A DNA stretch of 64,000 nucleotides from Takakia lepidozioides (GCA_030704615.1 CM060732.1:57474001-57538000); one strand, 5' to 3'; positions 50,025-61,894 are shown, counted from the stretch's first letter. Translations and numbers: made by a program. The notes: generated by a model not told the origin, from the letters alone.

Positions 50025-51701
50025 GAGTCCCCCTACTCAGATGGCTTGCCTGCGGCAAGCTCGGCTATCAGTACAAAACCTCCTCAAGCGGCATATCTGC
50101 CGCAGCATACGCAGACGACCTCGCTATTCTCGCACATATACCGCAACATCTAAACAGACAAGTCTCCAAACTATTTAGATTCAATCAATGATCAGGCATG
50201 GAACTAAGCTTACACAAATGTGTTGTCACAGCCGCCACACACCACAGTCAACTCACTAAAACCTCCATCGCTTCACACTGTAAACTATATGTCCATTACC
50301 ACATTCTTTCTGTACTTGCCAAGTGAGATAATGTATTAATTGAATTCCTAGATAAGTGTATGGCTCATCCGGCCCTAGGAAGGGGAAGGGTTTGTTTTCC
50401 AAACTCGTTGACAAAAGCTTGGCCCTACTCAAATCCCCAATTGTCATTCGCCCCAAACTATCAATTATTCAATCAATACAATGAAGAGATAAGGGCTTAA
50501 GGTGTCTCCTTGGATAGTGCCTCGTAATATTGGAATAGGTGGGGTGGAGACATAATGTGCTTCAGAGTACTTTGTTGTATTATTTGTATAGATGTTATCT
50601 ATGAGTTGGATGACATCAATGGGGTATCCAAGATCAGTCATAATAGAGAGTAGTCTTGCGTGATCTAGAGAGCCAAAGGCGTTTTTAAAATCGATATATA
50701 GAAGATATGTGTCTTGCTTAGTGAGTTTGGCGTCTTCAAGGGCAGATAGTACATATTGTATTTGTCGGGTTGTGCTGCGCGTAGCTCGGAATCCTTCTTG
50801 GGGGTCACTTAGAATGCGGTGTTATTCGTTAGAGTTGGACAGCATGGTGGTTAACGTGCTGGTAAATAGCTTGTATATGGTATTGGCTAAGCTATAAGTC
50901 TGTAGTTGCTCAGATCCGTTGGGTCACCTTTTTTAAAGAGTAGGATGGTGCGACTATGTTTCCAGGTGTGTGATATGCATTGTAGCTTATAACACAGCTG
51001 AATTTTTTTGAAAATGAGGTGGTGGAGTTGTGGGTCAAGTGCTTGAAGTATAGCCAAGTAGTCGTTACATATTGATGGGATTGGGGAGATAGTAATGATT
51101 AGTGAGAAGAGAATGTGATGTTGAGGATATAAATGGAATTTATGAGTGACAGTGACTAGCGTTAAGTTTTGGCAGACTGGGATTCCAAAAGTGGCTATAA
51201 TTGGCTGTGTGGGTGGACGTGTATTGGTGGAAGAGCTACGGAGAAAAGGGGAGAAATGGTCGCTTAGGTATAGGTGATCTGCGGGAGCTAGAGAGACTGT
51301 GTCTTTTTGAAATTATAGTTTATATCGTTCTTTGTGGTCCTTTGATAGGTTGTTAATGCTACTGGTGATGGTAGGGGGTCCCGGGTTGGGGTGGATGTCC
51401 CTGCAACGTAGTAACATAATCTGTACGCATGCTTGTTGGTGGGTCTTGTGGTGGGGTGGGTGATGGCGGGAGTGTTTGGATGCAGGTGGCCGGCAGTGGT
51501 ATTTGCCATGTGGACAGTGGGTTAGGAGGTATCTGTTGAGTGGTCTAGGGGCAGGGAAATTTGGGGGGTGAGCAATGTATGAAAATATGTGGAGGGTGAT
51601 TTTTACGGCATCGTAGTGGGTATAGGTGGAGCTGGTTGCTCGCGTATGAATGGGTGGGCTAATGGTATTTAGGTTATTGAGAGTGCATGTCGTGCAGTCA
51701 G

Positions 51702-52426
51702 TGTCGCGCACCTCACTTCGGTAAACTCCCCTTCAAGTCATAGATAACCGCTTTGATGCGCGCGCCTGACTCCCAACCTGGCCGCCGGGCCAACTTGGAG
51801 TTTCGGCTACTCACCGGGACATAACGGTCCCCATTCGCTTCCTCTAAAACCCTCCACCTATTTGGGACTAGGAGAATTCCCTTTGGTAGATGGCAGTCCG
51901 GAACAGCTCCCCACTCTTTGGTCGCTTTCCGGCTCGCACGATTACTCACTAGTTTTTGGTCACCAACGGGCTTGCACCGTTCTCGGGGTTACTACTCCCC
52001 TATATATACTTCTGTAGCTGTCCGCGGGGGTTTCATAACCAGCCATGCCATTTTATGGCGAACCACCACGAAAACCCTCGACTCCCGGTGGTGAGTCGCG
52101 GTGAGTCTTGGCCCACTCACCGCGGCCCCAATGGACCATGATGAGTCCCAAGACTCCCCACGACTCCCACCTCGAGGTCTCCACCCCATGGTGAGTCCTA
52201 TGCCACCCCCACTAAGTCCCACTAAGCTACCACCACCCCTTGTGGAGCCACCTCCACCGCAACCCGGTGTGCGGGGCTCCACCTAGTGAGCGCCTCCGCC
52301 TCCTTGAGTGCCTTGGGCACTCAAGGGTGCTTCAGCCCCCCATACCTATCGTCGCCGCTGCCCCCACCACAGGGGCAGCCCCTCATGTGTCCCGACCCCC
52401 TGCCCTCAAGGCAAAGGGCCGCGACA
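51702..52426 (-). repeat. 3' LTR
   Basis: Direct repeat of 57947-58671 with TG..CA termini. Confidence 0.97.
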
Positions 52427-53332
52427 CACACCCCTACCAACAGGGAGTCGATGTCCTCATCGACTTGTCCATTTTGTAGAAACGAACATCCAAGTTGTGG
52501 CGTCCCACATCAAGGAGTTTGTTTCCGTACCATGGCGTCCCATGGCAAAGAACCAAACCCCACACTTGACTCCACTCTCCACTAGCTAGTTCGGCCGACT
52601 TCCTCCAAGTCCCGGCCAAGGGTGGAGCCTCTCCAGCTCCTCCCAGTGCACTCTTCTTGGCCTACTTCAAGGCCAAGGAACGATCCTCCCCGAGGATCGA
52701 ATCGCCTTACTGCAACAACATTGCTTGCGATCGCTCATGATGCCGCTTTTGGCATCACCTTGAGCAAGGGTTCACCTGGAACCCTCTTTGACTAGGAAGA
52801 TAACCTTGAACCAACCGTGCGCCCCAATCACTACAATTGGGTCCGCCTTGGAATGCTGGCCTGAGGTACAGGAACACGCCGAAGCCGCACTACGACTTCG
52901 TCCCGAGGCTACACGATTATAGTACGTGAACGGAAGCACGTAGCTTCCGCGTTAGCCCGCACTACAAGGCAACCCCCTCGGTAGCGCAGTTATAGTACGC
53001 GCACGCGCCAGGTGCGCACTAGCACGTGAACTCCCAAATAAGGCGCAAGTTTCCTTGCCCCTTGGATGGGAGTCACCCGATTTCGGCACTGCGCAAACAC
53101 ACGATTAACTCAATTTACCTCTCCTACTTTTGTAAGCTAGCATGCATTCTACACACTAGTCAACCACACCATGCATCACCATTTCAAACACAATAGGACG
53201 CACAATATTTGGAACCCATTTCCTTTATAACAAATTTTTGTACAATACAAGTTTTTGCAATCGGATTCCTGAGCTAGCTAAACCGGGCTAAGTATGCATT
53301 TCCTCCCCCACGCTCCAAGGTTGATGTCCCCA

Positions 53333-56300
53333 TCAACGTTTCTTCCGCTTTTGAGGTCGCCCTTCGAACGCTGCAACTGCCTCGGATGCGTTTCCCATTT
53401 CTGAGGCACGCACCCAAGATGCCTCCACAAGATGATAGCCCTTCCATTTGACGAGATACTCCGTTTCTCGGTTCTTGAACCTCCTCGACTTAAGTATTGC
53501 CTCCACCTCGTACTCGGGTTCATTTTCATGATCCAACAGCATAGGTGGCGGACGCAACACTTGCTGCCGATTCGGACGTGCTTCATCTTTGAAGTAAGGC
53601 TTCAAAAGGGAGACATGGAATACTGGGTGCACCTTGCTGTTTGCCGGCAGCTCCAATTCATACACATCCTCATTCATAACCCTCCGAATGCGAAAGGGAC
53701 CCGCATACGGAGGTACGAACTTCGGACTCACTTCCGGAGGTAGTCGAAAATTCTTGATGTTCAACCAGACCTCTGTGCCTGCCTCAAACTTCACTTCCCT
53801 CCGCTTCCGATTCGCCTGCCTTTCATACCGTTTCCTAGCTTTGGCAATGTTGTACTTTGCGAGCTTCAACAAACGCTCGCGTTCTTCCAGCACCGCCGCT
53901 ACTGCCGGTTCCTCAACGTCCTGGGCGGCCCAACTTGTCGGCACCAGAGGTGCTTTTCCATAGACCAACACAAAAGGGGAAATTCCCGTCGCGGAGTGTT
54001 CTGTGTTATTATAACAGAACTCTGCCGCGTCTAAGTGTTCCATCCAGTCTGATTGGTCTGCCGACACGTAATTCCGCAAGAATTGCTTCACTACGGAATT
54101 CACTCTTTCCGTTTGGCCGTCCGTCGTAGGTCGGAAGGCGGTGCTCATCTTCAGCCTCGTCCCCATCTTCTTCCAAAGTGCTCTCCAAAATTTACTCGTA
54201 AACTTTGGGTCGCGGTCCGAGACAATATCCTTCGGGACTCCATGATGCTTTAAGACGTGGGCGAAGTAAAGTCGCCCTGTCTCCTGCGCCGTTGCCGTCT
54301 CCTTGGTGGGGATGAAATGGGCCATTTTACTGAACCTATCTACCACCACCATGATTGCATCGAATCCTTTTGACAGCGGCATAGCAGTCATGAAATCCAT
54401 CGAGACGCTTTCCCAAGTCCCCTCTGGAATCGGCAAGGGTTGTAACAGCCCCGCTTGCTTTTTGTACTCGCTCCGGTTTTGTTGGCATGTGGTGCATGTC
54501 TTGACATACTCCTCTGCCTCCTCCCTCAGTTTGGGCCAGAAATACTCTTTCTTCAAGAGTGCCGCAGTGCGCTTGGCTCCGCCGTGGCCCGCAAGCAGGC
54601 TATCATGGCATTCTCTCAAGAGGCTATCTCTGATCCCTCCCTTTGGCACATAGAGACGTTTTTGCTTATACCGGAGCAGTCCTTTTGCAAGTGGAACTGC
54701 GATTTAACCCCCATTCTCAAGTCCTGCATCACGCGCTTTGCCAGCTCATCCTTCCGGCAAGCCTTCCGGATCTTCCTTTGGAGCGCCGTCTCGCCCTTGT
54801 CCAACAAGAGCTGCTGCTTTCTACTTAAAGCATCGGCCACCACATTGTCCCGTCCCGGTTTGTACTGGATATCCACGTCGAACACTGCCAAAGTATCTTG
54901 CCACCTAAGTTGTTTTGGGGACAACTTGGGCTGCGTGGCAAAATACTTCACCGTGACATTGTCCGTGAACACCTTCACTGGGTTGGAACCAACATAGTGG
55001 CGCCAGAGTTCAAGGCAATGCACCACCGCCTTCATCTCTTTTTCGTGCGTCGGCCACCGTCGCTCCACTTCATTCAGTTTCTTACTTTCGTAAGCCACTG
55101 GTCGTCCATCTTGCATAAGTACACCCCCAATCGCGAAGTCCGATGCATCTGTATGAATCTCAAACGGACGATCGAACTCCGGGATTTTCAAGACTGGAGC
55201 TTCCGTCATCCGCTGCTTCAATTCAGCAAAAGCTTGGCCACAAAATGTGTTCCATACCCAGACTTTGGATTTACACAGAAGGTCCGACAGCGGCCCCGCG
55301 ATCTTGGCGAAATTTCTCACATACTTTCGGTAATAGGAGGCGAGTCCTAGGAAGGATCGCACTCCCGGGACCGAAGTCGGAGGCTCCCAGTCCAAGATCG
55401 CCCTCACCTTTCTGTCATCCATTTTGATCCCATCCTGTGTAATCACATGCCCCAGGAACTCCACTTTTGTGACCCCGAATTCGCACTTTGAAGCTTTGGC
55501 ATACAGCTTCCCGTCCCGCAATTTTTGGAACACCCTTTTGAGGTGCTCCAGGTGCTCCTCCTTTGTTTTCGAGTACACCAAGATGTCGTCGATGTACACG
55601 ATCACAAAGTCATCCAACCACTCCTGGAAAAGGCTGTTCATCAGCGTGCTAAATGTCGCTGGTGCATTGGTGAGCCCAAAAGGCATCACCAAGAACTCAT
55701 ATGAACCATACCTTGTCCTGCACGCGGTCTTCTCCTCATCTCCTTCTGCCACCCGAATTTGGTGATAGCCGGAGCGCAAGTCGATCCGGCTGAAATACTT
55801 CGCTCCTGCCAACCGATCGAAGAGGTCGTCGATCCTTGGCAAAGGGTACCGGTTTTTGATAGTCACCTTATTCAAAGCCCTGTAATCGACACACATCCGC
55901 AGCGTCCCATCCTTCTTGTCTGCGAATAGCACCGGGGCTCCGTAAGGTGACTTACTCGGCCGGATGTACCCCTTTGACATTAGATCCTTGAGCTGAGTCT
56001 TCAGCTCGACCAACTCTCTGTGGCTCAACCGGTAGGGCGCCTTGGCAGGCGGTTCCGATCCCGGTATCACCTCAATCTTGTGGTCAACTCCTCTTCGCGG
56101 TGGCAAGCCGCTTGGTAAATCCTCCGGCATCACATCCTGGTATTTCTCCAAAATCCCTTTGATCCAATCTGGGCTCGGCTCCCCATCGCCTTCTCCTTTC
56201 ACTTCTCTAATGTAAAGCAAAAACTGGGACTCGTGTGCCTCCTCCACGGCCCACTCCTTTGCTGACAGAAGGTTTATTCGCCCTCCCACGGATTTTGGCG

Positions 56301-57891
56301 TTTCCGACACTCGTAAAACTTCACCACCATTCCCACATGGCAGCGTGACTACTCTCTTGCGGCCATCTATGACCGCTCCGGATTTGCTCAAAAAGGTCAT
56401 CCCCAAAATGAGATCCACTCCATCGATCTCGCAGATAGTGAAGTTCTCACGTCCCTCCCAACTCCCCAGTTGAAGAGGAACATCAAACGCCAACCTTGTC
56501 GCCAACTGAGGTTCTCCTTTGGCAGAGCGCACCTCAATAGAGGCCCCCACGTCACTTGTCGGGAGTCCCAACTTTCGCGCCGCCGCCGGCGTCATGAAGG
56601 AGTGCGACGCTCCTGTGTCCACCAACAACGACACGTTAGTTCCGGATATTATCCCATCCACGAACAATAACTGACTCCCTTTACGCAGGGCGCCAGTTTC
56701 CTGATACAACTCACAAGAATAGTTGCCTACCTTGCAAGTCCTGGCGACTACCGCTTCCACCAAACGACTGATGGTATCTTCCGACAGCTCCGTGGTCGCC
56801 CGAGTCATGTTCAATTGCCGGGGCTTCGTGCACTTCTTGGCCATGTGCCCGGGCTCCCCGCAATTGAAACACACTCCATCAAAGGTCGCCTTCTGTCCGC
56901 CATAAGCCGCTCCACCCGCTTTTCCTTTCGAAGCACCGGGTGCCGCCTTGACGTGTGAAGGCCCTCCCTTCGATTTCCACGTGCCATTTTCGCCGCGTGG
57001 CCTATCCCACTTCTTTTCCGGTCGGGAGGAGTCACCTTCCCGCCGGGTCTTCTTGTGGTTCAGCTCCGTACGGCCTTGTCTCTCACCCCTAGGGACATCC
57101 GAGAAACATTCAGCTCTCTCAATTGCCTCGTTCAAAGTCTTGGGTGGCTTCTCCTCCAACTTCCGCCTAGCCCATGGGGCCAGTCCCGCCACAAAGTTGA
57201 AGACCATTTCTGGTTCCGCCATGTCCGCGACTTCGAGCAACAGCACATTGAAAGCCTGGACATACCCCCGAATGTCATCTGTTTGCTTCAAATTCCTCAT
57301 CTTGTCCCGGGCAAGCCAGGATGCGTTGAGGGGCACAAACTGTCTCTTCATCAATTCCTTGAACCCACTCCAGTTCAAGGTTTCCGGGCTTGGGCCTCGG
57401 TCGTGAAGGCGTTTCTGCCACCATTGTTGAGCATAGCCCCTCAAATAGGTGGGAGCCACTTCCACCCGATCCTCGTCACTCAACTTGGCCGCCCGGAAGT
57501 ACTGCTCTAGCTCCAGGAGCCAGGTGTTGAGTGCCTTCCGGTTTCGAACGCCCTCAAAGGTGCCGGGTTCCTTAGGCTTCACCTTAAACTTTGCCTTAGT
57601 GGAAGTGGCATTAGCCGCCTTCAACACGTCTTTCAACGCCCCGCCAAACTGCGCCAACAACCCTTCCCAAAAGGCTGCTGGCATGGGAGGCATCTCTTGG
57701 TTTGTCGGAGCTCTCGAGGATTCCTCGGGCTCCGACTCCTCGGATTCCTCCCGCTCTTGAGCGGCCTCGTTTTCGGAAACATTCATCGCTTCCTCAAACG
57801 GCCGCCTCGGTGACACGTCGCCCCCATCGGGCTCACCGGGATCATCATCTTTTGGGCCGTTCCGCTTTCGCTTCGGCTTGCCCGACCCCAT
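53333..57891 (-). CDS. Gag-Pol polyprotein with one frameshift near 54685
   Basis: [44 protein letters not shown], integrase HHCC and SMDF/SDRD/TDGQTE, GPF, chromodomain [17 protein letters not shown]. Confidence 0.95.
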
Positions 57892-57930
57892 GATGAGGCC
57901 GATCCCAAGGACGATCGCGTACTGAACTCT

Positions 57931-57944
57931 AAGCTCTGATACCA
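57931..57944 (-). promoter_or_regulatory. Primer-binding site for initiator tRNA-Met
   Basis: TGGTATCAGAGCTT lies 2 nt inside the 5' LTR boundary. Confidence 0.93.
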
Positions 57945-57946
57945 AA

Positions 57947-58671
57947 TGTCGCGCACCTCACTTCGGTAAACTCCCCTTCAAGTCATAGATAACCGCTTTG
58001 ATGCGCGCGCCTGACTCCCAACCTGGCCGCCGGGCCAACTTGGAGTTTCGGCTACTCACCGGGACATAACGGTCCCCATTCGCTTCCTCTAAAACCCTCC
58101 ACCTATTTGGGACTAGGAGAATTCCCTTTGGTAGATGGCAGTCCGGAACAGCTCCCCACTCTTTGGTCGCTTTCCGGCTCGCACGATTACTCACTAGTTT
58201 TTGGTCACCAACGGGCTTGCACCGTTCTCGGGGTTACTACTCCCCTATATATACTTCTGTAGCTGTCCGCGGGGGTTTCATAACCAGCCATGCCATTTTA
58301 TGGCGAACCACCACGAAAACCCTCGACTCCCGGTGGTGAGTCGCGGTGAGTCTTGGCCCACTCACCGCGGCCCCAATGGACCATGATGAGTCCCAAGACT
58401 CCCCACGACTCCCACCTCGAGGTCTCCACCCCATGGTGAGTCCTATGCCACCCCCACTAAGTCCCACTAAGCTACCACCACCCCTTGTGGAGCCACCTCC
58501 ACCGCAACCCGGTGTGCGGGGCTCCACCTAGTGAGCGCCTCCGCCTCCTTGAGTGCCTTGGGCACTCAAGGGTGCTTCAGCCCCCCATACCTATCGTCGC
58601 CGCTGCCCCCACCACAGGGGCAGCCCCTCATGTGTCCCGACCCCCTGCCCTCAAGGCAAAGGGCCGCGACA
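57947..58671 (-). repeat. 5' LTR
   Basis: Direct repeat of 51702-52426, adjacent to the PBS. Confidence 0.97.
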
Positions 58672-58930
58672 GTCAGGGTATGGGTGGAGGGCGGCCTTCG
58701 GGTATGAGGTGGGTCTTGGCTTTAGATAAAGAGGGAAGAGGTAGGTAGGTGGGTCCTTTAGAAGAATGTATTCATATAAATATACGGATGGAGTTGATTG
58801 GATGAAGTGTTTCTTTTGAGGGGTTTGTGGCAGGGTCGGGAGAGCAATATGAGAGCAATCCCCGTGGGAAACCATGCGTGAGGCATTTGTGGGTTGGGGT
58901 GATGTGGTTTCATTTAGGGAGGGGGTTGAT

Positions 58931-59869
58931 GGGAGGGCAGCTAGGTCATGAGCCCAGCCCCATGAGCCTGGGAGTTGGGCTCACGTTTAGCGCAGTAAGC
59001 GTGAGCCTAGGCTCACGCTTGGTAAGCATGAGCCCAGGGTCTAGGATGTATTGAAAACGGCACATATTCCCGATGACCTGAGAACAGGAGCTTATTCCCG
59101 TTGGAATGGCCAACACTACCTTCAACTGCACAGCGCAATAAGAGAATCCAAGAGCATTTTTGGGAAACGAACGACAGCACAATCCATGTCTATGCAATGA
59201 TAGAATATCACCATGTATTACATGAGTTGCATAGGACCGGCACATGAGTTAGTGATTGAATGAAGACATGCATTGAAGCACCACTATGTTATTGCTTCAT
59301 TGTTACTCAATTTCTGCGCATAGTATGAAATGCAGATAAGCAGTACGCCTACTACTTAAACGGTCTCGGGCCTGTCACGTTGCAGAAGAGTATGGACTTC
59401 ACCAAGTGATAGCATGGCCTGGTGAATGTACTGGTCTCTTTAGGGGTCACAACACATCCTGCGCACAAAAATGTAGTACAGGTGCTTGCAAAGAACACAC
59501 TTCTTCTTCTTTCCCAAGCTGTCTTCATGCATGCAAAAGAAATCCGGGCAAGTGCAGTACGGACAGGTGTCAATTGTAACCTGATACGCCTTATCTTGAA
59601 GAAGCGAACCGGAAGTGATCATTGTGTATACACGACCAAATCCAGGGAGAGAGACTTACATGATAGATGTCACCCTTGCTTGCAACATCGCCTGTCCATC
59701 TTTAGTACAACACTCCGGCATCTGCGCCCATCTCGTGAACCCGTGAGCCCAGCGAATGCACTTTTGGCAGGATCCCACACAGATGCCCTGAAAGTAGTGT
59801 GCGGCACCGCACACTAGTTTTAGGGCATCTGCAGTGCTTGTTTTCTTTGCAGCTGCCCATCCCACACAC

Positions 59870-59908
<39 letters not shown>

Positions 59909-60967
59909 CCATTCCCACGTAGATACCCTGAAAACAGTGTGCGGTGCCGCATAGTGTTTTCAAGGCATCTGTGGTGCACGTTTTCTCTAAAGATGCACAT
60001 CCCACACACGTTTTTTTTTTTTTTTTCGTTCCCTAGCAGATGCCCGGAAAACATTGTGCGGCATCGCACACTGATTCAGAGCATCTACGGAGCATGTTTT
60101 CTCTGCAGATGCCCATCCCACACAAGAATTTTTTATTTTATTTTTTATTTTATTTTTTCGTTTTTTCGTTCCCTGGCAAATGCCCGGAAAACAGTGCGCG
60201 CAACGCACACTGTTTCAGGACATCTGCGGAGCAAGTTTTCTCTGCAGATGCCCATCCCAAAAGGTTTTTTAAATAATAATAATAATAATTATTATTATTA
60301 TTATTTATTTTTTACCCTCCCATGAATTGGCCACGTTGTGTATGTACGCACATATGCAATCCCTCCACATGTACGCACCCAATAATGCATAGACAATCAT
60401 AGAGGGTTCAAGAATCCGATATAGGGAAGGATGTGGTCAGATAGGGAAGGAGGGATGGACGATGGCGGGGTGGAGTGAGATGTGTCTGTATAGGTTGATT
60501 TTTTTAGAGGAACGGATGGAGTAAGCAAGAAGGGTGCGGTGCTGTGAAGCTTTTGTGCAGCTGCCTATCCCCAGCAGGCAAGGGTGGAAAAAAAATGTGT
60601 GTGGGATATGCAGAGAAAACTTGCTCCACAAATGCCCTGAAAACAGTGTGCAGCACCGCACACTATTTTGCGAGCATCTGCATCCACATCCACTATTTCG
60701 TCCCTAACATGTCGGATGATGTTTCATTCAAACACAACTACATTCATCCATTTCGTGGCATGCAAGGACTTGGTACGTAAACCACATCTAAATGGATGAA
60801 ACAATAGATGGAATGGATGTAACAAATGTGATCTGGAATAACTGAAAACGGTTAATGTATCCGCGAAAATAGACGTCTCTGGCGGAATAGGCCCTGCAAG
60901 TTCCGGATTCCATGCTGACGTGGCGTCACGCCTATCTTAGGCTCACGCTCATGATCTAGCATTCCCC
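58931..60967. mobile_element. Non-autonomous TIR DNA transposon (Mutator-like?) with a SWIM zinc-finger fragment and palindromic repeats
   Basis: Inverted ends GCTAGGTCATGAGC (58940) and GCTCATGATCTAGC (60947). Flanking direct repeat GGGTTGATGGG/GGGTTAATGGG. Minus-strand YQVTI..CTCPDF..CKHLYYIF at 59440-59622. Confidence 0.6.
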
Positions 60968-61549
60968 GGGTTAATGGGGTTTGGGCAACAGTTTGAGAGG
61001 TGGTAATATGTGGGCAAAGTGATCTAGGGATGAGTAGTGCATAGTGAGGACTCGGGGCATACTGATTGGGAGATAAAGCCAATCCACTCTATGGTTATTT
61101 GGGGTTGAGATGTCTGGGGTGCACCATGCTTGATGGTATGTTTTTGGCATACAGGTCTTGGTATGCGGTCTGTGCAATACATTGAGTAGAGGATGGGTGG
61201 TAGCTGTTTAGGAGATGACGACGAGTAGAGAATGGGAGTCGTGTGGTGGTATTTGGGTTAGGAGGATTTTTGTTACCCACAAGGTATTTATGAAGGCGAA
61301 CAGTGCATGGGTAGGAATATTAGACATGTATATGCAGCAGATTGAGGATAGGGATTGTGACGACATATAGCATGGCCTATGGTTAAATTTGGTATGGGCT
61401 TTAGGCAGAGGATGGGGATGAAAGTGACAGGTTGGATGATAGAGGGTATGGATGAGGCCTTCGAATGAATGGCAGCGGGGCCCAGTTTGGGTGGGATGAA
61501 TGGTTGTGGGTGGAATATATTTCGTGGGTAATGCACTGGTGAGTAAAAA

Positions 61550-61881
61550 CAGATACATGTCATACGTATTATGAGCTGGAGAGAAATTGCGTGGATCACT
61601 ACGTAAAATCATGACTTGGGGAGAGACATATGAATGTGAAATTGAGTATGACTCAGGGAGCCAGTAGATCACACAATACATGACATATGTATAATGAGCT
61701 GGAGAGAAATTGCGTGGGTGACTATGTAAAATCATGACTTGGGAAGAGGGATACGAATGTGAAATTGGGTATGGCTCCGGGAGCCGGTAGATCACACAGA
61801 TACCTGTCATACGTATTATGAGCTGGAGAGAAAATGCGTGGGTCACTATGTAAAATCATGACTTGGGGAGAGAAATATGAA
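61550..61881. repeat. Tandem repeat, ~123-bp unit, ~2.7 copies
   Basis: atgagctggagagaaa at 61571, 61694 and 61818. Confidence 0.9.
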
Positions 61882-61894
61882 AGTTTACATGTGA

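Larger units (their letters stand above)
51702..58671 (-). mobile_element. Full-length Ty3/Gypsy chromovirus LTR retrotransposon, very recent
   Basis: 725-bp LTRs (TGTCGC..GCGACA) at 51702-52426 and 57947-58671, 5-bp TSD GTCAG, PBS TGGTATCAGAGC, domain order gag-PR-RT-RH-INT-chromodomain. Confidence 0.98.
50030..61545 (-). mobile_element. Old degenerate LINE (family B), rearranged and interrupted by the Gypsy and TIR elements
   Basis: Minus-strand RT motifs WKHSRTILLFKKGDP..NYR.IALANTIYKLF, QEGFR, YIDFKNAFGSLDH, GTIQGDTLSPYLF, YTYLGI. The YADD block is on the plus strand at 50030-50235. Similar G/T-skewed sequence resumes at 58672-58930 and 60968-61545; this extension rests on composition and TSD continuity. 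Confidence 0.7.

Noticed and set aside
52820-53085. Hammerhead or HDV-like ribozyme assignment for the structured region
   Set aside because: I could not find the CUGANGA/GAAA core arrangement or the HDV nested pseudoknot by eye, so it is kept only as an unclassified structure.
59780-60681. CRISPR-like array
   Set aside because: The spacers are homologous, low-complexity T-rich blocks rather than unique sequences; the context is eukaryotic and there are no cas genes.
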